DNA of 64,000 nucleotides from Escherichia coli (GTDB lineage Bacteria; Pseudomonadota; Gammaproteobacteria; Enterobacterales; Enterobacteriaceae): NCBI RefSeq assembly GCF_002854065.1, contig NZ_CP024147.1; one strand, 5' to 3'. Shown piece by piece: positions 31,166 to 44,981 of this stretch (position 1 is its first letter; each line of letters starts with the position of its first letter). The notes under the pieces were generated by a model. It saw only the letters and a program-made list of their open reading frames with translations, ran no database searches and was not told where the DNA came from. The position numbers and the translations under genes were made by a program.

Positions 31166-31591
31166 GTGCGACAACGGACTATTGTATGCCCTTTGATTCA
31201 AAATGATGGTGCTTATTTGCTGTGTAAAATGGCCGACGATCGCGGCGTTTTCCCCGGTCAATGGGCGCTTTCGGGTGGCGGCGTGGAGCCCGGCGAACGA
31301 ATTGAAGAGGCACTACGCCGCGAAATTCGCGAAGAACTGGGAGAACAGCTGCTTTTGACAGAAATCAAGCCGTGGACCTTCAGCGATGATATTCGCACCA
31401 AAACGTATCCAGATGGTCGCAAGGAAGAGATTTATATGATTTACCTGATTTTTGACTGCGTTTCTGCCAACCGAGAAGTGAAAATAAACGAAGAGTTTCA
31501 GGACTACGCGTGGGTAAAACCTGAAGATCTGGCGCACTATGATTTGAATGTCGCCACCCGAAAAACGTTACGTTTGAAAGGTCTTCTGTAA
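31166..31591 (+). CDS. nudI: Nudix hydrolase NudI
   Basis: GTG start at 31166 with aaggaa RBS upstream; 141 aa; Nudix box [24 protein letters not shown]. Confidence 0.85.
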   Translation: MRQRTIVCPLIQNDGAYLLCKMADDRGVFPGQWALSGGGVEPGERIEEALRREIREELGEQLLLTEIKPWTFSDDIRTKTYPDGRKEEIYMIYLIFDCVSANREVKINEEFQDYAWVKPEDLAHYDLNVATRKTLRLKGLL

Positions 31592-31598
31592 CAATGAT

Positions 31599-31618
31599 GA
31601 CAGCCATTACTGGCTGTC
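31599..31618. terminator. Possible bidirectional hairpin between convergent nudI and ais
   Basis: gacagcc-attact-ggctgtc, a 7-bp stem; weak flanking T tract. Coordinates approximate. Confidence 0.3.
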
Positions 31619-31629
31619 AGATTGAAAAT

Positions 31630-32232
31630 TTAGTGATTAACGAATTCCCCATCCAGATAAACTTTGCCTTTTTCCACATGCATGACTAAACCATCCAGAT
31701 AATCAGGTTTAAATGTCGCATCACGCTTATCTTTAGCAATATATGTCAGGCAATGATTATGGGTGAAAATAACGATATTTTTATCAGGCGCTTTGCTTTG
31801 TAAGTCCTTAATTGCACTATAAATCTCATTACCGCACTGAAGAAGTCGTTTATCTACCGTCAATTTTTTACCCGCTGAAAACCAGGTCGCCGACTGAATG
31901 GTCCGGACGGTATTACTGGAATAGAGATCGAAATCAGGGATATCAGCACTAAAAGCCTTGCCCAGTTCTCGGGCATCCTGGGTACCTTTGACCGTAATAC
32001 CTGTTTTATCTGACAAGCATTGATTGGTTGAACGATCGCAACGTTCAGCATGGCGAAACAAAACGACAACCGGGTGCTGTTGTGCCAGTCTGGCCAGTGT
32101 TTTATTGTCGATACGTGGCAAACCATTGCTACTCCAGGCGGCATGAGTACCCAGTCCGGCAATTGCAGCGAGCGCCAGTAAAATGATGAAATATTTTTTT
32201 GACTTCAACGAAGAGCGGCAAAAAGCTAACAC
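31630..32232 (-). CDS. ais: PmrA-regulated putative LPS core heptose(II)-phosphate phosphatase Ais
   Basis: ORF 31630..32289; start placed at the GTG at 32230-32232 giving 200 aa ([31 protein letters not shown]...); histidine phosphatase motif RHAER. Confidence 0.85.
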   Translation of the reverse strand: MLAFCRSSLKSKKYFIILLALAAIAGLGTHAAWSSNGLPRIDNKTLARLAQQHPVVVLFRHAERCDRSTNQCLSDKTGITVKGTQDARELGKAFSADIPDFDLYSSNTVRTIQSATWFSAGKKLTVDKRLLQCGNEIYSAIKDLQSKAPDKNIVIFTHNHCLTYIAKDKRDATFKPDYLDGLVMHVEKGKVYLDGEFVNH

Positions 32233-32344
32233 GTAAACTCCACCTATAGACAAGCGCAACCAGACAATTACCGTGAAATTGAGCGACATGGTGATGCTGC
32301 CAACTTACTGATTTAGTGTATGATGGTGTTTTTGAGGTGCTCCA

Positions 32345-32620
32345 GTGGCTTCTGTTTCTATCAGCTGTCCCTCCTGTTCAGCTACTGACGGGGTGGTGCG
32401 TAACGGCAAAAGCACCGCCGGACATCAGCGCTATCTCTGCTCTCACTGCCGTAAAACATGGCAACTGCAGTTCACTTACACCGCTTCTCAACCCGGTACG
32501 CACCAGAAAATCATTGATATGGCCATGAATGGCGTTGGATGCCGGGCAACTGCCCGCATTATGGGCGTTGGCCTCAACACGATTTTACGTCACTTAAAAA
32601 ACTCAGGCCGCAGTCGGTAA
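32345..32620 (+). CDS. insA: IS1 protein InsA
   Basis: 91-aa ORF, (M)[42 protein letters not shown]...; GTG start. Confidence 0.95.
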
Positions 32621-33042
32621 CCTCGCGCATACAGCCGGGCAGTGACGTCATCGTCTGCGCGGAAATGGACGAACAGTGGGGCTATGTCGGGGCTAAATCG
32701 CGCCAGCGCTGGCTGTTTTACGCGTATGACAGTCTCCGGAAGACGGTTGTTGCGCACGTATTCGGTGAACGCACTATGGCGACGCTGGGGCGTCTTATGA
32801 GCCTGCTGTCACCCTTTGACGTGGTGATATGGATGACGGATGGCTGGCCGCTGTATGAATCCCGCCTGAAGGGAAAGCTGCACGTAATCAGCAAGCGATA
32901 TACGCAGCGAATTGAGCGGCATAACCTGAATCTGAGGCAGCACCTGGCACGGCTGGGACGGAAGTCGCTGTCGTTCTCAAAATCGGTGGAGCTGCATGAC
33001 AAAGTCATCGGGCATTATCTGAACATAAAACACTATCAATAA
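32539..33042 (+). CDS. insB: IS1 InsB frame (transposase made as an InsAB' fusion by -1 frameshifting)
   Basis: 167-aa ORF overlapping the insA 3' end; A6C slippery motif (ttaaaaaactc) in the overlap. Confidence 0.9.
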
Positions 33043-33201
33043 GTTGGAGTCATTACCGAGCGACATTTCTGGCGATAATTAGCAGTTGGTGTAATATTAA
33101 AAATCCTGCGATGCCGGCAAAATGCCTCAAAATTTTGCCAAATGCAAAGCCTAAATAAGAAAAAATATAAAAATTTCAATATTTACGTCTAATATTAGTT
33201 T

Positions 33202-33218
33202 CTTAAGGTTAAGTTAAT
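33202..33218 (+). promoter_or_regulatory. PmrA (BasR) box upstream of arnB
   Basis: cttaag-gttaa-gttaat is a direct hexamer repeat with 5-bp spacing matching the YTTAAK-N5-YTTAAK consensus, about 80-100 bp upstream of arnB. Confidence 0.5.
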
Positions 33219-33298
33219 ATTCTATCCTTAAAATTTCGCTCCAAATGGCAAAATATACACAACACTCTTTATAGCAAATATAAGTGGACAGGTATTCA

Positions 33299-34456
33299 AT
33301 GGCGGAAGGAAAAGCAATGTCAGAATTTTTGCCTTTTTCGCGACCAGCAATGGGCGTGGAGGAACTCGCTGCAGTTAAAGAGGTTCTCGAATCCGGTTGG
33401 ATCACAACCGGTCCGAAGAATCACGCGCTTGAACAAGCCTTTTGCCAGTTGACGGGAAATCAGCATGCCATCGCGGTCAGTTCAGCCACCGCCGGAATGC
33501 ATATCACGCTAATGGCGTTGGAAATTGGCAAGGGCGATGAAGTGATTACGCCTTCCCTGACCTGGGTTTCAACCCTCAATATGATTTCCTTGCAGGGTGC
33601 AACGCCGGTAATGGTGGATGTCGATCGCGATACGCTGATGGTCACGCCTGAAGCGATCGAATCAGCCATTACGCCACGCACTAAAGCCATCATACCGGTG
33701 CATTATGCCGGTGCGCCAGCAGATATTGACGCCATTCGCGCCATTGGCGAACGTTACGGCATCGCAGTTATCGAAGATGCAGCCCATGCCGTCGGTACGT
33801 ATTACAAAGGGCGACATATTGGCGCAAAAGGTACCGCTATTTTTTCGTTTCACGCCATCAAAAATATTACCTGTGCGGAAGGTGGCCTGATTGTTACTGA
33901 TAATGAAAATCTTGCCTGCCAGCTACGGATGCTGAAATTTCACGGTCTGGGTGTCGATGCCTATGACAGACAAACCTGGGGCCGTGCACCGCAGGCTGAA
34001 GTCTTAACGCCGGGCTATAAGTACAATCTGACCGATATTAACGCCGCGATTGCCCTGACACAGTTAGCTAAATTAGAGCACCTCAACACCCGTCGGCGCG
34101 AAATTGCCCAGCAATATCAGCAAGCACTGACAGCTCTCCCCTTTCAGCCATTAAGCCTTCCCGCCTGGTCGCACGTTCACGCCTGGCATCTGTTTATTAT
34201 TCGTGTCGATGAACAACGTTGTGGTATCAGTCGCGATGTGTTGATGGAAGCGTTAAAAGAAAGAGGTATTGGTACCGGGTTACATTTCCGCGCCGCTCAC
34301 ACACAAAAATATTATCGCGAGCGTTTTCCCACGCTGTCGTTACCGAATACCGAATGGAATAGCGAACGCATCTGTTCGTTGCCGCTGTTCCCGGATATGA
34401 CTACCGCCGATGCCGACCGCGTCATCACAGCCCTCCAGCAACTCGCAGGACAATAA
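33299..34456 (+). CDS. arnB: UDP-4-amino-4-deoxy-L-arabinose--oxoglutarate aminotransferase
   Basis: ORF 33284..34456; start at [10 protein letters not shown] (alternative ATG at 33317 has the better RBS); DegT/ArnB aminotransferase sequence. Confidence 0.95.
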   Translation: MAEGKAMSEFLPFSRPAMGVEELAAVKEVLESGWITTGPKNHALEQAFCQLTGNQHAIAVSSATAGMHITLMALEIGKGDEVITPSLTWVSTLNMISLQGATPVMVDVDRDTLMVTPEAIESAITPRTKAIIPVHYAGAPADIDAIRAIGERYGIAVIEDAAHAVGTYYKGRHIGAKGTAIFSFHAIKNITCAEGGLIVTDNENLACQLRMLKFHGLGVDAYDRQTWGRAPQAEVLTPGYKYNLTDINAAIALTQLAKLEHLNTRRREIAQQYQQALTALPFQPLSLPAWSHVHAWHLFIIRVDEQRCGISRDVLMEALKERGIGTGLHFRAAHTQKYYRERFPTLSLPNTEWNSERICSLPLFPDMTTADADRVITALQQLAGQ

Positions 34457-35427
<971 letters not shown>

Positions 35428-35428
<1 letters not shown>

Positions 35429-37410
35429 TGAAAACCGTCGTTTTTGCCTACCACGATATGGGATGCCTCGGTATTGAAGCCCTGCTGGCTGCCGGTTACG
35501 AAATTAGCGCCATTTTTACCCATACCGATAATCCCGGTGAAAAAGCCTTTTATGGTTCTGTGGCTCGTCTGGCGGCGGAAAGAGGCATTCCGGTTTATGC
35601 GCCGGATGACGTTAATCATCCGCTGTGGGTGGAACGCATTGCCCAACTGTCGCCAGAGGTGATTTTCTCTTTTTATTATCGCCATCTTATTTGCGACGAA
35701 ATTTTGCAGCTCGCTCCCGCAGGTGCATTTAATCTGCATGGTTCGCTGTTACCAAAATATCGTGGTCGCGCGCCGCTGAACTGGGTGCTGGTGAACGGTG
35801 AAACGGAAACGGGCGTTACATTGCACCGAATGGTGACACGTGCCGATGCCGGGGCCATTGTGGCGCAACTGCGCGTTGCCATTGCGCCAGATGATATCGC
35901 CATTACGCTGCATCATAAATTGTGCCATGCTGCGCGCCAGCTACTGGAACAGACATTACCCGCCATTAAACACGGTAATATTCTGGAAGTCGCCCAGCGC
36001 GAAAACGAAGCCACCTGTTTTGGTCGCAGAACGCCGGATGACAGTTTCCTCGAATGGTATAAGCCGGCATCCGTACTGCACAACATGGTACGTGCCGTTG
36101 CCGATCCGTGGCCGGGTGCCTTCAGCTATGCTGGCAATCAGAAATTCACCGTCTGGTCGTCGCGTGTTCATCCTCATGCCAGCAAAGCACAGCCGGGGAG
36201 CGTGATTTCTGTTGCGCCGTTGCTGATTGCCTGTGGCGATGGCGCGCTGGAAATCGTCACCGGACAGGCGGGCGACGGCATTACTATGCAGGGCTCGCAA
36301 TTAGCGCAGACGCTGGGCCTGGTGCAAGGTTCACGCTTGAATAGCCAGCCTGCCTGTGCCGCCCGACGCCGTACCCGGGTACTCATCCTCGGGGTGAATG
36401 GCTTTATTGGCAACCATCTGACAGAACGCCTGCTGCGCGAAGATCATTATGAAGTTTACGGTCTGGATATTGGCAGCGATGCGATAAGCCGTTTTCTGAA
36501 TCATCCGCATTTTCACTTTGTCGAAGGCGATATCAGTATTCATTCCGAATGGATTGAGTATCACGTCAAAAAATGTGATGTCGTCTTGCCGCTGGTGGCG
36601 ATAGCCACGCCGATTGAATATACCCGCAACCCGCTGCGCGTATTTGAACTCGATTTTGAAGAGAATCTGCGCATTATCCGCTACTGCGTGAAGTACCGTA
36701 AGCGAATCATCTTCCCGTCAACTTCAGAAGTTTATGGGATGTGTAGCGATAAATACTTCGATGAGGACCATTCTAATTTAATCGTCGGCCCGGTGAATAA
36801 ACCACGCTGGATTTATTCGGTATCAAAACAATTACTTGATCGGGTGATCTGGGCCTATGGCGAAAAAGAGGGTTTACAGTTCACCCTCTTCCGCCCGTTT
36901 AACTGGATGGGACCACGACTGGATAACCTTAATGCGGCACGAATCGGCAGCTCCCGCGCGATTACGCAACTCATTCTCAATCTGGTAGAAGGTTCACCGA
37001 TTAAGCTGATTGATGGCGGAAAACAAAAACGCTGCTTTACTGATATTCGCGATGGTATCGAGGCGTTATACCGCATTATCGAAAATGCGGGAAATCGCTG
37101 CGACGGCGAAATTATCAACATTGGCAATCCTGAGAACGAAGCGAGCATTGAGGAACTGGGCGAGATGCTGCTGGCGAGCTTCGAAAAACATCCGCTGCGC
37201 CATCATTTCCCACCGTTTGCGGGCTTTCGCGTTGTCGAAAGTAGCAGCTACTACGGCAAAGGATATCAGGACGTAGAGCATCGTAAACCGAGCATCCGCA
37301 ATGCCCACCGCTGCCTGGACTGGGAGCCGAAAATTGATATGCAGGAAACCATCGACGAAACGCTGGATTTCTTCCTGCGCACCGTTGATCTTACGGATAA
37401 ACCATCATGA
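35428..37410 (+). CDS. arnA: Bifunctional UDP-glucuronic acid decarboxylase / UDP-L-Ara4N formyltransferase
   Basis: 660 aa; N-terminal formyltransferase and C-terminal SDR decarboxylase domains. Confidence 0.97.
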
Positions 37411-38297
37411 CCAAAGTAGGCTTACGCATTGATGTCGATACCTTTCGTGGCACCCGTGAAGGCGTGCCGCGTCTGCTGGAAATCTTGAGTAAGCATAATA
37501 TTCAGGCCAGCATTTTTTTCAGCGTCGGCCCGGACAATATGGGCCGCCATCTCTGGCGACTGGTGAAGCCACAGTTTTTGTGGAAGATGCTGCGCTCAAA
37601 CGCGGCATCGCTTTATGGCTGGGATATTTTACTGGCAGGTACGGCCTGGCCAGGTAAAGAGATTGGTCATGCCAATGCCGATATCATTCGTGAAGCGGCT
37701 AAACATCACGAAGTCGGCCTGCACGCCTGGGATCACCATGCCTGGCAAGCCCGTAGCGGTAACTGGGATCGGCAAACAATGATCGACGATATTGCACGCG
37801 GCCTTCGCACTCTGGAAGAGATTATCGGTCAACCGGTAACCTGTTCTGCCGCTGCGGGCTGGCGTGCCGACCAGCAGGTGATCGAAGCAAAAGAAGCGTT
37901 CCATTTGCGCTACAACAGCGATTGCCGTGGGGCCATGCCGTTCCGTCCACTGCTCGAATCAGGAAACCCTGGCACTGCGCAAATTCCGGTGACCTTACCC
38001 ACCTGGGATGAAGTGATTGGTCGGGATGTGAAAGCAGAAGATTTTAACGGTTGGTTACTCAACCGCATCCTGCGAGATAAAGGCACGCCGGTTTATACCA
38101 TTCATGCAGAAGTTGAAGGCTGCGCTTATCAGCATAATTTTGTGGATCTCCTCAAACGCGCAGCTCAGGAAGGCGTGACATTTTGCCCTTTAAGCGAACT
38201 GTTATCAGAGACGTTGCCGCTCGGACAAGTTGTTCGCGGAAATATTGCCGGACGTGAAGGCTGGCTGGGTTGCCAACAAATTGCGGGTAGTCGCTGA
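37407..38297 (+). CDS. arnD: 4-deoxy-4-formamido-L-arabinose-phosphoundecaprenol deformylase
   Basis: 296 aa; polysaccharide deacetylase family; overlaps the arnA stop. Confidence 0.95.
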   Translation: MTKVGLRIDVDTFRGTREGVPRLLEILSKHNIQASIFFSVGPDNMGRHLWRLVKPQFLWKMLRSNAASLYGWDILLAGTAWPGKEIGHANADIIREAAKHHEVGLHAWDHHAWQARSGNWDRQTMIDDIARGLRTLEEIIGQPVTCSAAAGWRADQQVIEAKEAFHLRYNSDCRGAMPFRPLLESGNPGTAQIPVTLPTWDEVIGRDVKAEDFNGWLLNRILRDKGTPVYTIHAEVEGCAYQHNFVDLLKRAAQEGVTFCPLSELLSETLPLGQVVRGNIAGREGWLGCQQIAGSR

Positions 38298-39949
38298 TGA
38301 AATCGGTACGTTACCTTATCGGCCTCTTCGCGTTTATTGCCTGCTATTACCTGTTACCGATCAGCACGCGTCTGCTCTGGCAACCAGATGAAACGCGTTA
38401 TGCGGAAATCAGTCGGGAAATGCTGGCATCCGGCGACTGGATTGTGCCCCATCTGTTAGGGCTACGTTATTTTGAAAAACCCATTGCCGGATACTGGATT
38501 AACAGCATTGGGCAATGGCTATTTGGCGCGAATAACTTTGGTGTGCGGGCAGGCGTTATCTTTGCGACCCTGTTAACTGCCGCGCTGGTGACCTGGTTTA
38601 CTCTGCGCTTATGGCGCGATAAACGTCTGGCTCTACTCGCCACAGTAATTTATCTCTCATTGTTTATTGTCTATGCCATCGGCACTTATGCCGTGCTCGA
38701 TCCGTTTATTGCCTTCTGGCTGGTGGCGGGAATGTGCAGCTTCTGGCTGGCAATGCAGGCACAGACGTGGAAAGGCAAAAGCGCAGGATTTTTACTGCTG
38801 GGAATCACCTGCGGCATGGGGGTGATGACCAAAGGTTTTCTCGCCCTTGCCGTGCCGGTATTAAGCGTGCTGCCATGGGTAGCGACGCAAAAACGCTGGA
38901 AAGATCTCTTTATTTACGGCTGGCTGGCGGTTATCAGTTGCGTACTGACGGTTCTCCCCTGGGGACTGGCGATAGCGCAGCGGGAGCCTGACTTCTGGCA
39001 CTATTTTTTCTGGGTTGAGCATATTCAACGCTTTGCACTGGATGATGCCCAACACAGAGCCCCGTTCTGGTACTACGTGCCGGTCATCATTGCCGGTAGC
39101 CTGCCGTGGCTGGGATTACTCCCCGGTGCACTATACACAGGCTGGAAAAACCGCAAGCATTCCGCAACCGTCTATTTGTTGAGCTGGACGATAATGCCGC
39201 TGCTGTTTTTCTCCGTTGCTAAGGGTAAATTGCCCACCTATATTCTTTCTTGCTTTGCACCTTTGGCAATGCTGATGGCGCATTACGCTTTGCTGGCAGC
39301 AAAAAATAATCCTCTGGCGCTGCGGATTAATGGCTGGATTAACATCGCTTTTGGCGTCACTGGCATTATTGCCACATTTGTGGTCTCCCCCTGGGGACCA
39401 ATGAACACGCCGGTGTGGCAAACCTTCGAGAGCTATAAAGTCTTTTGTGCCTGGTCGATTTTTTCGCTATGGGCATTTTTCGGCTGGTACACCTTAACAA
39501 ACGTCGAAAAGACCTGGTCTTTTGCCGCGCTTTGCCCGCTGGGGCTAGCGTTGCTGGTAGGATTTTCAATTCCTGACAGAGTCATGGAAGGAAAACATCC
39601 GCAATTTTTTGTCGAGATGACACAAGAATCACTTCAGCCAAGCCGCTATATTCTTACTGATAGCGTCGGTGTTGCCGCAGGTCTGGCATGGAGCCTGCAA
39701 CGCGATGACATCATCATGTATCGCCAGACAGGTGAGTTGAAATACGGCCTTAATTATCCGGATGCGAAAGGGAGATTTGTCAGCGGTGATGAGTTCGCAA
39801 ACTGGCTTAATCAACATCGTCAGGAGGGGATTATTACACTCGTGCTTTCGGTTGACCGCGATGAAGATATCAACAGTCTCGCCATTCCGCCCGCAGATGC
39901 CATCGATCGTCAGGAGCGTCTGGTGCTGATTCAGTATCGTCCCAAATGA
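38297..39949 (+). CDS. arnT: Undecaprenyl phosphate-alpha-L-Ara4N transferase (lipid A modification)
   Basis: 550-aa polytopic membrane protein; synteny. Confidence 0.97.
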
Positions 39950-40281
39950 TCTGGCTAACATTAGTCTTTGCCAGCTTGCTTAGCGTTGCCGGGCAGTTGT
40001 GTCAGAAACAGGCAACCTGCTTTGTGGCGATAAACAAACGGCGCAAACATATCGTGCTGTGGCTGGGACTGGCGCTGGCTTGTCTTGGTCTTGCCATGGT
40101 GCTCTGGCTGCTGGTCTTGCAGAACGTACCGGTAGGCATTGCCTACCCGATGTTAAGTCTGAATTTTGTCTGGGTGACGCTGGCTGCAGTAAAACTGTGG
40201 CACGAACCGGTATCGCCGCGTCACTGGTGTGGGGTGGCGTTCATTATTGGTGGCATTGTGATCCTCGGGAGTACGGTGTAA
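39946..40281 (+). CDS. arnE: Ara4N-phosphoundecaprenol flippase subunit ArnE
   Basis: 111-aa small membrane protein; overlaps arnT and arnF. Confidence 0.9.
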
Positions 40282-40667
40282 TGGGCCTGATGTGGGGATT
40301 ATTCAGCGTCATTATTGCCTCAGTTGCGCAATTAAGCCTGGGTTTTGCGGCGAGTCATCTGCCGCCGATGACGCACTTATGGGATTTTATCGCGGCGCTG
40401 TTAGCTTTTGGGCTGGATGCCCGGATACTGTTACTCGGGCTGCTGGGTTATCTGCTTTCCGTTTTTTGTTGGTATAAAACGCTACATAAACTTGCGCTAA
40501 GCAAAGCCTATGCCTTGCTCAGTATGAGTTATGTGCTGGTATGGATTGCTTCAATGGTACTTCCCGGCTGGGAAGGGACTTTTTCGCTGAAAGCACTACT
40601 AGGAGTAGCCTGTATTATGAGCGGGTTGATGCTGATTTTCCTGCCCACGACAAAACAACGTTACTGA
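40281..40667 (+). CDS. arnF: Ara4N-phosphoundecaprenol flippase subunit ArnF
   Basis: 128 aa from [22 protein letters not shown]; the ATG overlaps the arnE stop by 1 nt. Confidence 0.9.
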   Translation: MGLMWGLFSVIIASVAQLSLGFAASHLPPMTHLWDFIAALLAFGLDARILLLGLLGYLLSVFCWYKTLHKLALSKAYALLSMSYVLVWIASMVLPGWEGTFSLKALLGVACIMSGLMLIFLPTTKQRY

Positions 40668-40927
40668 GTTTTCCCTGCCGCTGTACACTGCCGTTCCCAC
40701 TCATCGGGGCTATAACTGCTTGCCGAGAGGACTTTCACCGTATGCAGCTTTTCACGATTAATACAGTAAAGCGCATTCTGCAAAGGTGAGAGTAAATCCC
40801 CCACTTTCACGGCGAAGTCACTCTTCACTTCGGCGATCATTTTTATCGCGCCGCCAGCATCGCAGAGCATAAGTACATGTCTGTTATCTTGTTTATTGCA
40901 GCACGATTTTTTGACCAGCCATTCCAT
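40661..40927 (-). CDS. pmrD: Signal-transduction connector protein PmrD
   Basis: ORF 40661..40957; start placed at [42 protein letters not shown] (88 aa). Confidence 0.85.
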   Translation of the reverse strand: MEWLVKKSCCNKQDNRHVLMLCDAGGAIKMIAEVKSDFAVKVGDLLSPLQNALYCINREKLHTVKVLSASSYSPDEWERQCTAAGKTQ

Positions 40928-41036
40928 TGCATTATCCTGTTTGCTAAGAGTTTTCACATCAATTTACAGATTAACAGATAAACTCTTTATCAACGGCAAT
41001 GGAATGGCAGAAATGAGAAGTGAAACGGAGGGTTAA

Positions 41037-42392
41037 TTATTGCTGACGTTGCACCCACTCTTTTAGCGCCTGACGTGAAATTTTAATACCGCCGTTTTTC
41101 AGTTCAGGCGGCAACGTTAACCAACGCACCGGTTGCTGAAAACGGGCCAGCTTATCTTTCACCCATTCGCCAAGATCAACGGTTTGCTGGTCATACTCCA
41201 CCACCGCTACCGGTCGATGACCAAACTCCTTGTCGGCAACGGGGACGATAAACACCTGCAAAACCGCAGGATGTGCAGCAATTACGCGCTCGACTTCTTC
41301 CGGCTGAATACCCTCTCCGCCACTGAAGAATAGATTGTCTAAACGTCCGACAATGGTCAGCTTGCCATTATGCATCTCACCGCGATCGCGCGTAGCGTAC
41401 CAGCCTTCGTCATTAACCAGTGAAACCAGTTGCCCGTTACGCCAGTAACCTTCTGCCATACTGGCAGCCCGCAGCCACACTTCATTATTAACGATTTTCA
41501 CTTCCCGACCCGGCAGCGGCGAACCAACGTCTGCCAGGCCGTCGGCTTCTTTCGCACACACCGTGGAGGCAAACTCGGTCAGACCATAGCCGCAAAAGCA
41601 ACGAATCCCCTGCTCGCGCGCCTGTTCCGTCAACTCGATCGGGATAGCCGCGCCGCCAAGTAACACCGCTTTCAGGGAAACGGAACTGCGGTTAACCAGC
41701 AAACGCCAGAGTTGTGTTGGCACCAGTGAAGCGTGAGTACAGCCTGCCAGCATTTGCTCCAATGGCTGTTTATCACGTACCGTCATCCGCGCACCAGCGT
41801 ATAACCAGCGCCACATAATTCCCTGACCGGAGACGTGAAACAGCGGTAAAGAAAGCAACCAGTCATCGTGATCGCCAAACGGAATCAGCGATAACACCCC
41901 TTCGGCACTGGCAAGATGGGCCTGATAAGTATGGACAGCGGCTTTCGGCAACCCGGTAGAACCCGAGGTCAACGTCATTGAGCACAGACGCGTCGGCTGC
42001 CACGTAGCGGCATGTGCGCCTTCAACCCGCTGAATGTGCAGCGACGTTAATGCCGGAAACGTGTTTTCCCCATCCGGCACCAGCGCAAATTGCAGCGTCA
42101 GATTGGGCAGCAATTCTTCAAGCAACGGTTGCGGCAGCTGAGGGTTCACGGGCAACACCCGCGCCCCGCATTGCAGTAACGCCAGCCAGGCGAGCAGCGT
42201 TTGCGGCGTATTCCACGCCCGCAACATCACGCCGCTGCCCTCAACCACACCCTGCACCGCAAATCCGGAGGCTAATTCATCGACGCGAGCACAAAGCTCG
42301 CGCCAGTTGAGTTGCTCGTCATTAAGACGTAAGGCGATGGCTTCTCCCCGCACTTGCCGCCAGTGACGCCACGGCCAGTCAGAGAAGATCAT
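41037..42392 (-). CDS. menE: 2-succinylbenzoate--CoA ligase
   Basis: 451 aa; acyl-CoA synthetase family; synteny in the men cluster. Confidence 0.95.
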   Translation of the reverse strand: MIFSDWPWRHWRQVRGEAIALRLNDEQLNWRELCARVDELASGFAVQGVVEGSGVMLRAWNTPQTLLAWLALLQCGARVLPVNPQLPQPLLEELLPNLTLQFALVPDGENTFPALTSLHIQRVEGAHAATWQPTRLCSMTLTSGSTGLPKAAVHTYQAHLASAEGVLSLIPFGDHDDWLLSLPLFHVSGQGIMWRWLYAGARMTVRDKQPLEQMLAGCTHASLVPTQLWRLLVNRSSVSLKAVLLGGAAIPIELTEQAREQGIRCFCGYGLTEFASTVCAKEADGLADVGSPLPGREVKIVNNEVWLRAASMAEGYWRNGQLVSLVNDEGWYATRDRGEMHNGKLTIVGRLDNLFFSGGEGIQPEEVERVIAAHPAVLQVFIVPVADKEFGHRPVAVVEYDQQTVDLGEWVKDKLARFQQPVRWLTLPPELKNGGIKISRQALKEWVQRQQ

Positions 42393-43351
42393 AACAACCG
42401 CTCCAGTGCATCAACTTCCACGACAGGCAGCGTGCTACCCGGCCAGCGACGTACCTGCTGCGCCTGCATTAGATCCAGCGTGTCCAGCCCTGGAATGGTG
42501 TCCGGCGTTAACCAAGCGGCAATCCGCGCCAGTTGCGTTAAGCCTAAGCTCGATTCAATGGAAGAACTGATCACCGCCGTCAGCCCCAGCGCGTGCGCCG
42601 CCTGTACCTGCTCGCGTACTTTTTCCAGACTGCCCGTGAGCGTGGGTTTGATAACTACCGCGCGCACGCCCTCTTCAGCCACAAAGGCAAAATCCGGCTC
42701 GCGCAGGCTTTCATCCCAGGCAATGGCAATGCCGGTTTCACGGGCAAACGCTCGCGAATCATCGCGGGTTTTGCACGGCTCTTCGAGAAACGCGATGCGG
42801 TCGCGATAATCCGGGTTAACGTATTTGGCAAACTGCTGACCTTTCAGCGGTGTCCAGGCGCGATTTGCGTCAAGACGCAAATGCAGATCCGGAATTGCCT
42901 CCAGCAACAGATTCACCACCATGCCGTCGCGCACCGCTTCGTACAATCCCACTTTGACCTTCGCCACTTTCTCGCCCGGCATATCGGCAAGTTTGAGGAT
43001 CAGATCGTCCGGATCGCCATTACACAGCGGTGCCGCACGGTAGTTGGCTGCTTGCGGCAACGTATCTGCCAGCTCCGCCAATGCACAGCTTACGCCAAAG
43101 GCAACGGAAGGCATCTGCGGTATCTCGCCATCGCCAGCCAGCCAGTTATTTACCCAGGCAAGCAGCACACTTTGCGCCTCTTCCCAGGTTTCCTGACTGA
43201 AGCCCGGCAGTGGGGAGATCTCCCCCCACCCTTCGCGCTCGCCCTCACGCAGGCAAACATACAGCCCGTCGCGGGTTTTTAACCGCCTGTCGCGCAGAAC
43301 CACCCCCGCGTCCATGGGGATCTGCCAGCGGTATACCTGCGCGCTACGCAT
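42389..43351 (-). CDS. menC: o-succinylbenzoate synthase
   Basis: 320 aa; enolase superfamily. Confidence 0.95.
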   Translation of the reverse strand: MRSAQVYRWQIPMDAGVVLRDRRLKTRDGLYVCLREGEREGWGEISPLPGFSQETWEEAQSVLLAWVNNWLAGDGEIPQMPSVAFGVSCALAELADTLPQAANYRAAPLCNGDPDDLILKLADMPGEKVAKVKVGLYEAVRDGMVVNLLLEAIPDLHLRLDANRAWTPLKGQQFAKYVNPDYRDRIAFLEEPCKTRDDSRAFARETGIAIAWDESLREPDFAFVAEEGVRAVVIKPTLTGSLEKVREQVQAAHALGLTAVISSSIESSLGLTQLARIAAWLTPDTIPGLDTLDLMQAQQVRRWPGSTLPVVEVDALERLL

Positions 43352-44208
43352 TACGGATTCCGTTTAAATTTGCTGAAATCAGGCTGACGTTTCTGGTTGA
43401 AAGCGTTGCGACCTTCCTGACCTTCTTCCGTCATGTAGAACAGCATGGTGGCGTTGCCCGCCAGCTCCTGCAGACCCGCCTGACCGTCACAGTCGGCGTT
43501 CAGCGCAGCTTTCAGGCAGCGCAGCGCCATCGGGCTGTTTTGCAGCATTTCGCGGCACCAACGGACGGTCTCTTTTTCCAGATCCGCCAGCGGCACCACG
43601 GTGTTTACAAGGCCCATATCCAGCGCCTGTTTCGCGTCGTACTGACGGCACAGGAACCAGATTTCACGCGCTTTTTTCTGTCCGACGATGCGAGCCATGT
43701 AGGAAGCGCCCCAGCCGCCGTCGAAGGAACCGACTTTCGGGCCAGTCTGACCGAAGATGGCATTATCTGCCGCGATAGTCAGGTCGCACATCATGTGCAG
43801 AACGTGACCGCCGCCGATGGAGTAGCCAGCCACCATCGCGACAACCGGTTTCGGACAGGTACGGATCTGACGCTGGAAGTCCAGCACGTTCAGATGATGT
43901 ACGCCGGAATCATCTTTATAGCCGCCGTAATCGCCACGCACTTTCTGGTCACCACCGGAGCAGAACGCTTTATCGCCTGCACCAGTCAGAATGATCACGC
44001 CGATGTTGTCGTCATAACGCGCATCTGCCAGTGCCTGGATCATCTCTTTTACCGTCAGAGGACGGAAGGCATTGCGCACCTGCGGACGATTAATGGTGAT
44101 TTTTGCGATACCGTCGGTGGATTTTTCATAACGAATGTCCTCGAAACCTTCGGAGCAGTCGTGCCATTCAACCGGTGCGTAAAGCATTGCTTCATCAGGA
44201 TAAATCAT
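43351..44208 (-). CDS. menB: 1,4-dihydroxy-2-naphthoyl-CoA synthase
   Basis: 285 aa; crotonase fold. Confidence 0.97.
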
Positions 44209-44222
44209 ATTGTGTCCTTTAG

Positions 44223-44981
44223 TCAGAAACGCAAGATCTGCGCCAGACTTGCGATAACGCCAGCGGGATTTTCCCGATGCGCGTTATGTCCGGCGCGAGG
44301 AATGACATGGCAGTCGGCAGCCAGTTCCGCCGCCAGAGCGCGGAATTTGCTGTCACGTTCACCACATAAATAATAAAACGCAAATGTGCGGGCGCTAAGG
44401 TTAGCACGTAAATCAGGCTGGACGGCGAGAGAAGTCGCCTCCAGCATGGCGGCAAGCGTTGCGCCATTATTGTTGCTGCGCAGCGCCACCAGCTCCCGGC
44501 GTTGATCGTCATTGAGCGAGGCAAAAACAGGCTGTTGATACCAGTCGGCAAATACCGCGGTTAATGGTTCGGAACGAAAACGCTGCGCCCATTGGCGATC
44601 GGAACGCTGACGTTCCGCGCGTTGTTCAGCATTTTGCAGCCCCGGATGACCGCCTTCGACAACAACCCCACAAAGCCCCGCCAGCCCCTGGCAAGCCGCC
44701 ATCATCGCCACCCGTCCGCCAAGCGAGTACCCCACCAGCCAGAAGTCAAGGATGTTGTAACTAACCAAAGTTTTACGCAGTAAGTCGGTGACATCATCAA
44801 ATCCATCGACGCTAATCGCCGCCGAACCACCGTGACCTGGGAGATCAACATACAACCGTGAGTAGTCGGCAAACACCTCGCCCACTTCTTGCCATTCGTG
44901 GCAATCGCCGGAAAAACCGTGCAAAAAAACCAGCCAGGGTAAACCTGGTTTGCCGTGTTTTGCCTGCGCGTGCAGGATCAT
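44223..44981 (-). CDS. menH: SHCHC synthase (2-succinyl-6-hydroxy-2,4-cyclohexadiene-1-carboxylate synthase)
   Basis: 252 aa; alpha/beta hydrolase. Confidence 0.93.

Larger units (their letters stand above)
32290..33057 (+). mobile_element. IS1 insertion sequence (768 bp) with 9-bp target-site duplication gagcgacat
   Basis: Left end ggtgatgctgccaacttactgat at 32290; right end ...aagttggagtcattacc at 33057; identical 9-mer at 32281-32289 and 33058-33066; encodes InsA and InsB. Confidence 0.97.

Noticed and set aside
39999-40667. 222-aa ORF spanning arnE and arnF
   Set aside because: It is the arnF frame read upstream through arnE in a different frame; ArnF starts at MGLMWGLF (40281).
43210-44373. 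387-aa plus-strand ORF opposite menB/menC
   Set aside because: Antisense artefact inside the men operon; not supported by start-site context.
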